Shown piece by piece: positions 21,108 through 29,655 of a DNA stretch of 49,428 nucleotides. Position 1 is the first letter of the stretch; each line of letters begins with the position of its first letter. A program made the position numbers and the translations under genes. The notes under the pieces were generated by a model that saw only the letters and a list, made by a program, of their open reading frames with translations, made no database searches and had not been told where the DNA came from. The stretch is from Planctomycetota bacterium (GTDB lineage: Bacteria > Planctomycetota > Phycisphaerae > WQYP01), in the NCBI GenBank assembly GCA_048498455.1, contig JBEHXY010000001.1, positions 1 through 49,428 of the forward strand, read 5' to 3'.

Positions 21108-21848
21108 GTGATCATTCGACAAGTCATGCGGTTATCGGCAGTAGCGGTGTGCCTGAGCCTTTTTCAGGCGGTCGCGGCCCATGCCGCTGTTGTCGCAGTG
21201 CCGAATTTCTCGTTTGAGAACCCGACCCTGGCTCCCGGCCAGTTTACCCAAACCTCCGGCTTGGGCGATTCGACCGCCATTCCGGGGTGGACGGTCAGCG
21301 GCACCGTGCCGGTCATCGCCGGCATCCGCCGGAATTCGGACCCAACAACGCAATTCAGCTCGCTGCCCGATGGTAACCAGTTTGCCTACGTGGGCACCCG
21401 CGTGACGGGCAACCAGGGCAACATGGTCCTGACCGCCCCGACCGGCAATCTGCCCACCATCGTGGCCGGCACCGGCTACACCGTGACCGTGGCCGTCGGA
21501 CGCAACATTCACAACACCTTCGGCGCCGGGTCGCTCGAATTGGACCTGACAGCCAACGGCACGGTGGTGGCGTCCACCTTCCTCGACGTGAACACTGTCA
21601 CCGGTGACACCTTCAAGGACATCTCGACGACTCTTTCACCGGCAGCTTCGGCGGCTTTTGCCGGCCAGCAACTGTCGATTCGCCTCGTTGAAACGAACAC
21701 CAGCCCCGCCGGCAGCGGCGACTACAACGAAGTCGCGCTGGACAACGTGCGGCTGGTGACGACCGCCGTGCCTGAACCCGCCTCGCTGGGGGTGCTGGCG
21801 TTGGGCGCTGCGGCCCTGCTGACCAAGCGCCGGCGCCGCGTCGGATAA
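21108..21848 (+). CDS. PEP-CTERM sorting-domain secreted protein
   Basis: The C-terminus VPEPASLGVLALGAAALLTKRRRRVG has the PEP motif, a TM helix and a basic tail. There is an N-terminal signal peptide. GTG 21108 follows AGGAGAAGGA; ATG 21126 is an alternative. Confidence 0.8.
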   Translation: MIIRQVMRLSAVAVCLSLFQAVAAHAAVVAVPNFSFENPTLAPGQFTQTSGLGDSTAIPGWTVSGTVPVIAGIRRNSDPTTQFSSLPDGNQFAYVGTRVTGNQGNMVLTAPTGNLPTIVAGTGYTVTVAVGRNIHNTFGAGSLELDLTANGTVVASTFLDVNTVTGDTFKDISTTLSPAASAAFAGQQLSIRLVETNTSPAGSGDYNEVALDNVRLVTTAVPEPASLGVLALGAAALLTKRRRRVG

Positions 21849-21875
21849 GTCGCCACCCATCGTATGAATCACCAA

Positions 21876-21911
21876 GACGCGTGTACCGCAGGTGCACGCG
21901 TCTTTTTTTTC
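21876..21911 (+). terminator. Rho-independent terminator after the PEP-CTERM gene
   Basis: AGACGCGTG-N11-CACGCGTCT is followed by a run of 8 T. Confidence 0.75.
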
Positions 21912-21972
21912 GCTCACGATTCGGGCGGTCCGGTCTGTCGGTGTCTTTCAACGGGCGCATCGTTCTTGCGGA

Positions 21973-22001
21973 TTGACGGGGGTGGGCGGCGGACCTATTC
22001 T
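21973..22001 (+). promoter_or_regulatory. sigma70-like promoter candidate for floA
   Basis: TTGACG, a 17-nt spacer, then TATTCT, about 45 nt upstream of the floA ATG. The promoter consensus in this lineage is unknown. Confidence 0.35.
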
Positions 22002-22047
22002 GCAGCCATCCAATATTGTCATCGGTACAGCACTCAAAGGGGCGTGC

Positions 22048-23121
22048 ATGCAGAGTGATGCAGTGAGCAGCGGAATTGCGCAGCTGTTGGCAGCGGCATT
22101 CAGCACCAACGACCTCGGCGCGCTGATGTGGATCGGCATCCTGGTCATCGGGGCAGGGGCCCTGGTGGTGGTGATGGTGATCGCCAACTTCTTCAGCCTC
22201 TGGCTGCAGGCGTTCTCGGCCGGGGCGGGGGTGAGCTACTTCTCGCTCATCGGCATGCGCTTCCGTAAAGTGGACTCGCGGCAGATCGTGACGTCGCGCA
22301 TCACGGCGGTGCAGGCAGGCCTGACCGAGCTGACGACGAACCTTCTCGAGAGCCATTATCTGGCCGGCGGGCGCGTACCCAACGTGGTGCGGGCGATGAT
22401 CGCGGCCCATCGGGCGGACATTGAACTGCCCTGGAATCGGGCGGCGGCGATCGACCTCGCCGGGCGCGATGTCCTCGATGCCGTGCAGACCAGCGTGAAT
22501 CCCAAGGTGATCGACGTTCCCAACGCGGCATCGGGGCGGCAGACGATCGATGGCGTCGCCAAGGACGGCATTCAGCTCAAAGTGAAAGCCCGCGTGACCG
22601 TGCGGACGAACATCCAGCAGCTCATCGGCGGGGCGACGGAAGAAACAATCGTGGCCCGCGTCGGTGAAGGCATCGTCACCTCGATCGGTTCTTCCGATAC
22701 CTACAAACATGTGATGGAGAACCCGGACTCCATTTCCAAGACGGTGCTGCACAAGGGGCTGGATGCGGGCACCGCGTTTGAGATTCTGTCGATCGATATC
22801 GCGGACGTGGACGTCGGGGAAAATGTCGGCGCCAAGCTGCAGGCGGACCAGGCCGAATCGGACAAGCGGCGGTTCCAGGCGGAAGCGGAAAAGCGGCGGG
22901 CGCTGGCGGTCGCCAACGAGCAGGAATTCATCGCGTTGGCGCAGCAGAATCGCGCCAAGGTCATCGAGGCCGAGGCGCAGATCCCGATGGCCATGGCGGA
23001 AGCTTTCCGCGCCGGCCACCTGGGCATCATGGATTACTACAAGATGCGGAACGTGCAGGCGGACACGGCGATGCGCGAAAGCCTCGGCAGCGACCGCGCC
23101 GATGAGCCCAAGCGCTCGTGA
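22048..23121 (+). CDS. floA: flotillin-like protein FloA (UPF0365/YqfA family)
   Basis: [62 protein letters not shown] and [10 protein letters not shown] match B. subtilis FloA closely from memory. Confidence 0.9.
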   Translation: MQSDAVSSGIAQLLAAAFSTNDLGALMWIGILVIGAGALVVVMVIANFFSLWLQAFSAGAGVSYFSLIGMRFRKVDSRQIVTSRITAVQAGLTELTTNLLESHYLAGGRVPNVVRAMIAAHRADIELPWNRAAAIDLAGRDVLDAVQTSVNPKVIDVPNAASGRQTIDGVAKDGIQLKVKARVTVRTNIQQLIGGATEETIVARVGEGIVTSIGSSDTYKHVMENPDSISKTVLHKGLDAGTAFEILSIDIADVDVGENVGAKLQADQAESDKRRFQAEAEKRRALAVANEQEFIALAQQNRAKVIEAEAQIPMAMAEAFRAGHLGIMDYYKMRNVQADTAMRESLGSDRADEPKRS

Positions 23122-24665
23122 TGCCGGGAGGCGGCGTGGCGGATGGTGAGCGCAGCGGCGTGACCGGAGCGGCGAAGGTCGGCGCTCCGGCGGCAGGGGA
23201 ATCGGTGCGACTGTTGCCAGTGAACACGCGGGGAGCGGTGGCGGCGGCGGTGGTGGGGGTGCTGGCCTTTCACGTGGCGTATGCATCAACGGCGCTCGCG
23301 GGGGCGGTGGTGTTGTTTTTGTTTTCGCTGGTCTGGGTGTCGCGGGTGCGCTCGGCGCGCGGAGCCTTCTGGCTGGGCCTGGGGATGGGCTTTTTTGTGT
23401 ACGCCCCGAAGCTGTTGTTTTTCTGGGGGATCTTCGGCGCCTTCGCCATCTCCCTCTGGTTGATCCTGTCGGTGTGGGTGGGGTTCTTTACGCTGATGGC
23501 CCACTACGCGGCGCGGCGGTTTCCAACTCTTGTGGCGACCGCGGCCCTGCCGGTGTTGTGGCTGGGTTTCGAATATTTCCGCAGCGAGCTCTACCCCCTG
23601 AAGTTCGCCTGGCTGACGCCGGGGTTCGCGTTCGCTCCCGGCGCGATGGTGCGCGCGGCGGGCGTCTATGGCGCAGGCTTTTTGTGCATGGCGCTGGCGG
23701 CCGCAGCGTGGATGCTGCCGGGGCTGGGGCGGCCGGTCGGACTCCTGGCGGCGGTATTGCTCGTCGGGGCCCTGGGCACCCGGCCTGTTCCGCTTCCGGA
23801 ACTCAGCGCTCGTCTGCGAAGGCCGATGGGACCCTCCGTCGTCGGGATTCAGCGCGAGGGCGGGGATCCCTGGAAGGCGGCGGAGTGGCTGGAGACCGCC
23901 CGGCAAGCGCATCCGGAGGGGGAACTCTTCGTGCTCAGCGAGTACACCTTTCCCTCCTTGCCTCCTGATGACGTTCGCGCGTGGTGCAAACAGCACGGCA
24001 AATACCTGCTTGCCGGCGGCGTGCGCGATGTCGAGGGCTCGCGAACAAAGTTCTACGACACGGCTTTCGTGGTCGGCCCGGACGGCGACATTCTTTTCGA
24101 GCAGGTCAAGGCGGTGCCGATTCAGTTCATGCAGGATGGCCTGCCTGCACCGAAGCAGGAGTTGTGGCAATCGCCTTGGGGACCGATCGGCGTGTGCGTC
24201 TGTTACGACCTGAGTTACACGCGGGTGACGGATCGGCTCGTGGAGATGGGGGCGCAACTGCTGCTGGTTCCGGCGATGGATGCGGGCACCTGGGGAGAAA
24301 GTGAGCATGAACTGCATGGGCGGATCGGCCCGATGCGCGCGGCGGAATATGGCGTGCCGGTGGTGCGCGTGTGTAGTTCCGGCATTTCGCAGATCGTTGA
24401 CCAGTGGGGGCACCTCCTGGAGTCCGCCCCCTATCCTGGCCAGGGGGCGGTCTTCAGTTCCTCACGAATCCGGATGGGAACAGGCCATCTTCCATGGGAT
24501 CGATGGGCGGCGCCGGTTTGCGCCCTGCTCGCAATGGGATACAGTGCGTGTGAACTGCTGCTTGCGACCGTTCGGCGGGTGCGCGAAGGTCGCGGCCGGA
24601 GGGCGGCAAAGTCGCTGTCCGTCGCCGCCGCCGCGCCCCCGCTGCCCCCATCCGCAGAACACTGA
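23121..24665 (+). CDS. apolipoprotein N-acyltransferase-like protein (membrane domain plus CN-hydrolase domain), catalytic triad apparently intact
   Basis: The ATG shares one nt with the floA TGA. The membrane domain has LWLGFEYFRSELYPLKFAWL. Triad candidates are E in FVLSEYTF, K in EQVKAVPIQF and C in GVCVCYDL (TGT 24201-24203). Confidence 0.7.
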   Translation: MPGGGVADGERSGVTGAAKVGAPAAGESVRLLPVNTRGAVAAAVVGVLAFHVAYASTALAGAVVLFLFSLVWVSRVRSARGAFWLGLGMGFFVYAPKLLFFWGIFGAFAISLWLILSVWVGFFTLMAHYAARRFPTLVATAALPVLWLGFEYFRSELYPLKFAWLTPGFAFAPGAMVRAAGVYGAGFLCMALAAAAWMLPGLGRPVGLLAAVLLVGALGTRPVPLPELSARLRRPMGPSVVGIQREGGDPWKAAEWLETARQAHPEGELFVLSEYTFPSLPPDDVRAWCKQHGKYLLAGGVRDVEGSRTKFYDTAFVVGPDGDILFEQVKAVPIQFMQDGLPAPKQELWQSPWGPIGVCVCYDLSYTRVTDRLVEMGAQLLLVPAMDAGTWGESEHELHGRIGPMRAAEYGVPVVRVCSSGISQIVDQWGHLLESAPYPGQGAVFSSSRIRMGTGHLPWDRWAAPVCALLAMGYSACELLLATVRRVREGRGRRAAKSLSVAAAAPPLPPSAEH

Positions 24666-24701
24666 AACGAGTATGTAACCCAGCCTGAGAGGACAAACGA
24701 G

Positions 24702-26306
24702 ATGACGGCAAGAACCGACGTGGAAGTCAATACGGCGCCGCGCGGCGCGGTGTCGCTGCTGTGGGCACTGCTGCTGGTGGTCGTCGGCGCGGCTGCTTTC
24801 AACGGCGCATTTGCCGTCGGCGGCTGGGGACCCCTCATTGTCGTCTTCCTGTTCTGCGCGGTCCGTCTGACGCACGCCGCCTCGGCGATGGGGGCGCTGC
24901 TTCTGGGATTGCTCCTGGGCGTCGCCGCCTATGCGCCCCAGGCCTACCTGCTGACCGGCAGCTTCGGCATCCCGGCGCTCACGATCATCGGCATCCTCGC
25001 GCTGTGCGTGGCGATCTTCGCGTGGGTCGGACACCAGGCGTGGCGTCGGCTGGGGCCGGTGGGCTCGCTCGTGGTGTTGCCTTTTCTGTGGACCGGGCTC
25101 GAGTACTGCCGCGCGGAACTCTGCCCGCCCCGATTCAGCTGGCTCACCACCGGCCTGGCCATGCCGCCCGAAGCGCTGCACCGGTTCGTCGGATCTTACG
25201 GCGTGGGCTTTGTGCTGATGGGCGTGGCGGCGGCCGCATGTTCGTGGCGCGGATGGAATCGCGTGCTCGGGCTGGTGGTCGCGCTGGGGGTCGCCTGGGG
25301 GTTGAGCATCTGGCAGCCTGAAGCCGTGGCCGACACCGCCGTCGCTGAATCGAATGCTCCCGCGGCGAGCGGGACGGCGCCTGCCGCAACGATGGCGGAC
25401 GCCGCGCGGGCCACGGGCGCAACAACGCTCGCCGCTGCCGCCAGCGCACCGGCCACCGCTGCCGCGAACACGGTTGCCGAAGACAAGCGCTTTCCCAACC
25501 CGCTGCTGGTGACCCTGCCGGGAGAGCACCCCAACTCGCGCTCGGTGGCCGGCCTCCTCAACGCCGCTGCCGCCGCGCATCCCGAGGCCCGCTTCTTTTT
25601 CCTGACCGAATATGCCATGGCGCTCAACGACAACATCGCACGCTGGTGCGGCACGCAGAAGAAGTACGTGATCGCCGCCACGCAGGTCCCGGTGAAAGGC
25701 AAGACCAACACCTTTCGCCTGACCGCCGCGGTCACCAAGTCCGACGGCAACACCGGCCTGATCATCGATCGCGAGACGCCGCTTTCCTCCGGCGAAGAGG
25801 AACCTTCCGAGCCGGAATTGCTGGAGACCGGCTGGGGCAAGATGGGCGTGGTGATCTTCCACGACCTCGGCCATCGGAAGGAAATGGACGCCCAGGTGCG
25901 TGCCGGTGCGCGGGCGCTGGTGGTGGTCGCACCCGACGTCGAAATCTGGGGCCTGACCACGCAGGATGAACACTCGCGCATTCCGGCCGTGCGGGCGGTG
26001 GAATATGGAATTCCGATCGTGCGTGCGACCAGCAACGGTCTGTCGCAGATCATTGCTCCCAACGGCCAGGTGGTGGCGAGCAGCGGTGCCGATCACGTGC
26101 TGGCCGGCCACATCCCGATGACCGCCGCCGCCCCGCACGTGCCTATCGATGCCCTCGGCGGTCCGATCTGCATGATCCTTGCCGCCCTGTACCTGCTGAT
26201 GGAGCTGGGCATGGCCGCTGTCAATCACACCAAGGACGACCATCCCGCAGGCGCCCCGCCCGCCGCCGGGCCGGGCAACGTCCCTCCGGCGGCCCCCTCC
26301 GCATGA
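24702..26306 (+). CDS. Lnt-like paralog lacking the catalytic Cys (predicted pseudoenzyme)
   Basis: Same architecture as the upstream paralog (LWTGLEYCRAELCPPRFSWL; FLTEYAM). The aligned Cys position reads GVVIFHDL (TTC 25857-25859) and the aligned Lys position reads IIDRETP. It also has an Ala-rich linker. Confidence 0.65.
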   Translation: MTARTDVEVNTAPRGAVSLLWALLLVVVGAAAFNGAFAVGGWGPLIVVFLFCAVRLTHAASAMGALLLGLLLGVAAYAPQAYLLTGSFGIPALTIIGILALCVAIFAWVGHQAWRRLGPVGSLVVLPFLWTGLEYCRAELCPPRFSWLTTGLAMPPEALHRFVGSYGVGFVLMGVAAAACSWRGWNRVLGLVVALGVAWGLSIWQPEAVADTAVAESNAPAASGTAPAATMADAARATGATTLAAAASAPATAAANTVAEDKRFPNPLLVTLPGEHPNSRSVAGLLNAAAAAHPEARFFFLTEYAMALNDNIARWCGTQKKYVIAATQVPVKGKTNTFRLTAAVTKSDGNTGLIIDRETPLSSGEEEPSEPELLETGWGKMGVVIFHDLGHRKEMDAQVRAGARALVVVAPDVEIWGLTTQDEHSRIPAVRAVEYGIPIVRATSNGLSQIIAPNGQVVASSGADHVLAGHIPMTAAAPHVPIDALGGPICMILAALYLLMELGMAAVNHTKDDHPAGAPPAAGPGNVPPAAPSA

Positions 26307-26348
26307 TCCGCCGGTATACTGCGCAGGAATCACAAAGGCAGGTGGTCC

Positions 26349-26804
26349 ATGGCCGATATTCCCAGAGATCCGCGGCAGCTCGCGCGGGACATTCTCGCCG
26401 GCAAAATCTCCATCGAGGACCTCGCCCGCGAGCAGGCGCGACGCGCCGGCCGCGCGCCGGGATCGCCCGGGGCCCCCATGCCCCAGAAGCTGCCTGACCG
26501 CATTCCGCTGCCCCGTCCGGCGCCGCCCCCGCCGCAGCGCAAGCCCGTGCCCCCTCCGCCGCAGTCGCGGAAAGCCCCGCCGAAAAAGCCGGCGCGCCCC
26601 CCGGTCAACGTGCCGCCGCCCGCCCGCCAACCGCTCGCCCCCGCAGGCCCGACGGTTCAGCCTCCCGATTTATCCGTCCCCACGGCCCGCCGCGAGAGCC
26701 GACCCACCGACATGCAGGCGGCGCTTCGGACGCGGGGCAGTCTGCGCCAGGCGATCCTTATGGCGGAGATCCTCAACAAGCCTGTCGCGCTCCGCGACGA
26801 GTGA
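26349..26804 (+). CDS. hypothetical Pro-rich protein
   Basis: It starts 42 nt after lnt-like 2 on the same strand. A structured-looking N-terminus (DILAGKISIEDLAREQ) and C-terminus (LRQAILMAEILNKPVALRDE) flank a PxP-rich core. Low complexity lowers confidence. Confidence 0.45.
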   Translation: MADIPRDPRQLARDILAGKISIEDLAREQARRAGRAPGSPGAPMPQKLPDRIPLPRPAPPPPQRKPVPPPPQSRKAPPKKPARPPVNVPPPARQPLAPAGPTVQPPDLSVPTARRESRPTDMQAALRTRGSLRQAILMAEILNKPVALRDE

Positions 26805-26865
26805 TGCTCAAAGCGCCGGGGTCTCGTCCCGGTAGGGGGGTCATCACCGGAAGCGATGGCGGGCG

Positions 26866-29079
26866 TCACGGTGCCGGAGTTGCCGCCGCGCGTTCCTGAT
26901 CCCGGCGCGCCTGCATTCGTTGAAGAATGTCCGCAATGCCTTCTGAATCCGCGGCCGCACCGGGGCCAGCCGGCGCTGCCCCGGCGGGGGTGCCCTCGTT
27001 CTTGACGGTGGACCCGCCGCGCGGGTTCAGCGCGATGTGCTCGATCGTCGTCCACTCGATGGGCCGCGACTGCAGGCGCACCGTCTTGATGTCGGCCGGC
27101 GCCAGGTCGGGAAAGGCCACCGTCAGTTGCCGGAGCGCTCCCTGCCGGTCCTTGCCCATCAGCACCATCGCGTGTTCCTGGTTGTTGGCGTCGATCGCCA
27201 CCACCCGCACATCCACATTGTCCAGGTCGTGGGCGATGGTGATGCGCGAGTAAGTTGCTTCCGGGACAAAGCCCGGTCGTCTTCCGCCAAACCCGTTGCC
27301 TCCGCCGCCCATTCCCCCGCCGCCAGCACCGCCGCGGCCATTGCGCGGGTCGGGCTCCACGAAGGTCGGGGCGCTGGTCACATAACTTCCCGCCGCCGTC
27401 TTTCCTGACAGCGACTCCTTGCCTTCGGCAATCGTCGCCCATGGCGCCGCCGCAATGCCAATCTGCAGACGCACCTCCGCCAGATCGCTGAACTGCAGCT
27501 TCTCCGAGCCCGTGCTGCCCAGCACCACCTCGAAATACATGTCTCCCCCTCCGGCATCATCGGTGGGTGGAACATTGCGCTGATTGGGCGCCAGACCGGC
27601 CAGCGGCTGCTTCTCGCCGTTGTCCAACATCAGCCACGCACCGCCATCGCTCACCGGCAGAATTCGATAAATGTCCGGGGCCAGCGGAATGCTGGTGGCC
27701 TGCTGGTTCGGACGGGCGCTCACTTGCACGAGCGGGAACGACGACCCCGCGGGCAGGTCATGCAGCTTCAGCACCAGGATTCGGCCGTTGGAAACCGACG
27801 CCACTTGCGGAAGTGGCGGCAGCGCGGGCGCTCCGTCCATCGTCCAGAACGGACCGCGGGCTCGCGCTGCGACGCCCTCCAGTGAAATGGCGTTCGCGGG
27901 CACCATCCGGGCGCCTGCGGCCGGAGTGGCAGTTGGCGTACGTGATCCTCCGGGCGTCGGCTCATCGGCCGCCGACAGCACCGCCAGTGAGACCGTCATG
28001 ACCGCAGCGGAAGTGGCAAGCGCCAACAAGGTGCGGCGGGTCACCGCGCCACGCCGCGCGCCCGGTCGCAGCACCGCGCGAATGCGGGATTCCAACGATG
28101 ACGGACGGGCCATCGAGACGGCGGTAAAGCGCATCACGTTCCTCCCTTCAAAACGGGTGGCGGTTTCCAGCAAAGTCTGGGCATAAGTGGGGGGATCGAT
28201 CCCACGCGAGAGCACGAGATCGTCGCACGCCTTTTCGCGTTCAATTTCCATCCGCCGGCAGGCGACCCACACCAGGGGATGAAACCAGTAGGCGGCGCGG
28301 ATGAAGACGGCAATCATTTGCGTGCGCAGATCGCCGCGACGCAAATGTGCAAGCTCGTGCAGCAGCACCGCGCGCAGGCGCGGCAGGGGCCACTCTTCCG
28401 CCGCCGCGGGGAGCACAATCCGTGGATGGAAAATGCCCACTGCGATGGGCATGCAAAGAGCATCGCTCAGGAGGACCGGAACCGAACGCCGCATGCCGGC
28501 ATCGATGTGCGCCTGCACCCCCACGTGCGGCGCCAGCGCCGGTGCCGCGCGGGTGTTCCGCGCAAGCCAGCGCCGCAACCGCCACATCGCCGTCAGCACG
28601 GGCAGCAGGCACATCCCGACGCCGCAGAGCGAGATGGCAAGAATCACGACCGGCCATTGCACCGTGGTCCGCGCCGGCGGCGCATCAGGTGCACGCACCG
28701 CCACCGCCGGTCCGCCGCCCGTGTGTGCATCTTCGGCTGACGCAACGTCCGTCATCCCGCCGGCGATCGCGCCATGACGCTGTACAACCTCCGACCCCAC
28801 CGCGACGCGTTGCGGTCTCGTCGCCGGCAGCACCCCATAGTGCGGCATCCAGGGTTGCACCAGCGGCAGCACCGCCAGCGACACCATCCCCGCCGCCCAC
28901 AGCGCATGGCGATGCGCCGCCGATCCCCGCCGCAGCAACAACGCCGCGATGCCCACGAGCACCAGCAGCAGCGTGCCCTTGGTCGCCGCCTCCGCCATTC
29001 CATCGAGCACCACTCCAGCAAACCCTTCAGCGGCCACGGGCGGCTCCTTTCGGCGCGGCCCCGCTGCGCGCCTCATCAA
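26866..29079 (-). CDS. BlaR1/MecR1-type M56 peptidase-domain signal transducer with an unrecognised C-terminal extracytoplasmic domain
   Basis: HEXXH in LLHELAHLRRGD lies within a 4-TM M56 layout. It is immediately downstream of a BlaI-type gene. Start ATG 29079 overlaps blaI by 53 nt; ATG 28998 is an alternative. Confidence 0.8.
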   Translation of the reverse strand: MMRRAAGPRRKEPPVAAEGFAGVVLDGMAEAATKGTLLLVLVGIAALLLRRGSAAHRHALWAAGMVSLAVLPLVQPWMPHYGVLPATRPQRVAVGSEVVQRHGAIAGGMTDVASAEDAHTGGGPAVAVRAPDAPPARTTVQWPVVILAISLCGVGMCLLPVLTAMWRLRRWLARNTRAAPALAPHVGVQAHIDAGMRRSVPVLLSDALCMPIAVGIFHPRIVLPAAAEEWPLPRLRAVLLHELAHLRRGDLRTQMIAVFIRAAYWFHPLVWVACRRMEIEREKACDDLVLSRGIDPPTYAQTLLETATRFEGRNVMRFTAVSMARPSSLESRIRAVLRPGARRGAVTRRTLLALATSAAVMTVSLAVLSAADEPTPGGSRTPTATPAAGARMVPANAISLEGVAARARGPFWTMDGAPALPPLPQVASVSNGRILVLKLHDLPAGSSFPLVQVSARPNQQATSIPLAPDIYRILPVSDGGAWLMLDNGEKQPLAGLAPNQRNVPPTDDAGGGDMYFEVVLGSTGSEKLQFSDLAEVRLQIGIAAAPWATIAEGKESLSGKTAAGSYVTSAPTFVEPDPRNGRGGAGGGGMGGGGNGFGGRRPGFVPEATYSRITIAHDLDNVDVRVVAIDANNQEHAMVLMGKDRQGALRQLTVAFPDLAPADIKTVRLQSRPIEWTTIEHIALNPRGGSTVKNEGTPAGAAPAGPGAAADSEGIADILQRMQARRDQERAAATPAP

Positions 29080-29434
29080 TCAACTTTGCCAGCCGATCCA
29101 CCTCTTCCTGCGAAAGCTGCGTCGCGGGGTCCGCCAGGTGCGCCGCCAGCGCCTTTTCAACGCTGCCTGCGAAAAACGTCTCCAGCACGCGCCGCAGCGC
29201 CGACTTCCCCGCCTTCTCCGGCGGCCGCGTGGGCTGGTAAACAAATGCCCGCCCCTGTTTCTCGTGCGACAGCAGCCCCTTGTCTTCCAGAATCCGCAGG
29301 AACGTCCGCACCGCGGTGCGGGTGGGGGGGTCCGGTAGCGCGCTGACGACGTCGTCCGCCGACGCTTTGCCGCGGGCATAGACGGCATCCAGGATCTGGC
29401 GTTCACGGCGGGAAAGGTGGTGCGGTTCGACCAT
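29027..29434 (-). CDS. BlaI/MecI/CopY-family winged-helix transcriptional repressor
   Basis: LSRRERQILDAVYARGKASADDVVSALP...RTAVRTFLRILEDKGLLSHEKQGRAFVYQP. GGAG lies 5 nt upstream of the ATG. Confidence 0.85.
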   Translation of the reverse strand: MVEPHHLSRRERQILDAVYARGKASADDVVSALPDPPTRTAVRTFLRILEDKGLLSHEKQGRAFVYQPTRPPEKAGKSALRRVLETFFAGSVEKALAAHLADPATQLSQEEVDRLAKLIDEARSGAAPKGAARGR

Positions 29435-29462
29435 GACAACTCCATCGCAACGACGAACTGCT

Positions 29463-29522
29463 AAAATACTGGCATCAACGAATGGCTATGTCAAATGAAA
29501 AGTTAAAAATTTAACACTTCAT
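29463..29522 (-). promoter_or_regulatory. AT-rich 28-bp near-perfect palindrome (29495-29522) abutting a TTGACA -35-like box (29489-29494); candidate BlaI operator and promoter
   Basis: ATGAAaaGTTAAAaaTTTAACacTTCAT, with arms matching 11/13. On the minus strand TTGACA, 17 nt, then CAGTAT (29466-29471). The island is AT-rich in GC-rich DNA and lies 61 nt upstream of the blaI ATG. Confidence 0.45.
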
Positions 29523-29655
29523 CTGGAAATCAGGCTGCAGCTTGGAGCGTCAACAGCGGTTGCGCAGCTGTGTTGCGGTTGTGTTCTGCGCACGGAAAAC
29601 CGGGTGGTAGAAGTCGCTCCTGCCGCCCGGAATCAAACCCGCCCGTTCGAATGCC

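Noticed and set aside
29495-29522. The 28-bp palindrome as a XerC/D dif site, tempting because of its 28-bp length and the nearby skew switch.
   Set aside because: Only the GTTAAAT-like piece resembles the XerD arm of known dif sites. No ATAA-N6-TTAT core is present. It sits exactly where an operator and promoter for the BlaI-type gene is expected, and it is 3-5 kb from the skew crossover. I keep it only as a remote alternative.
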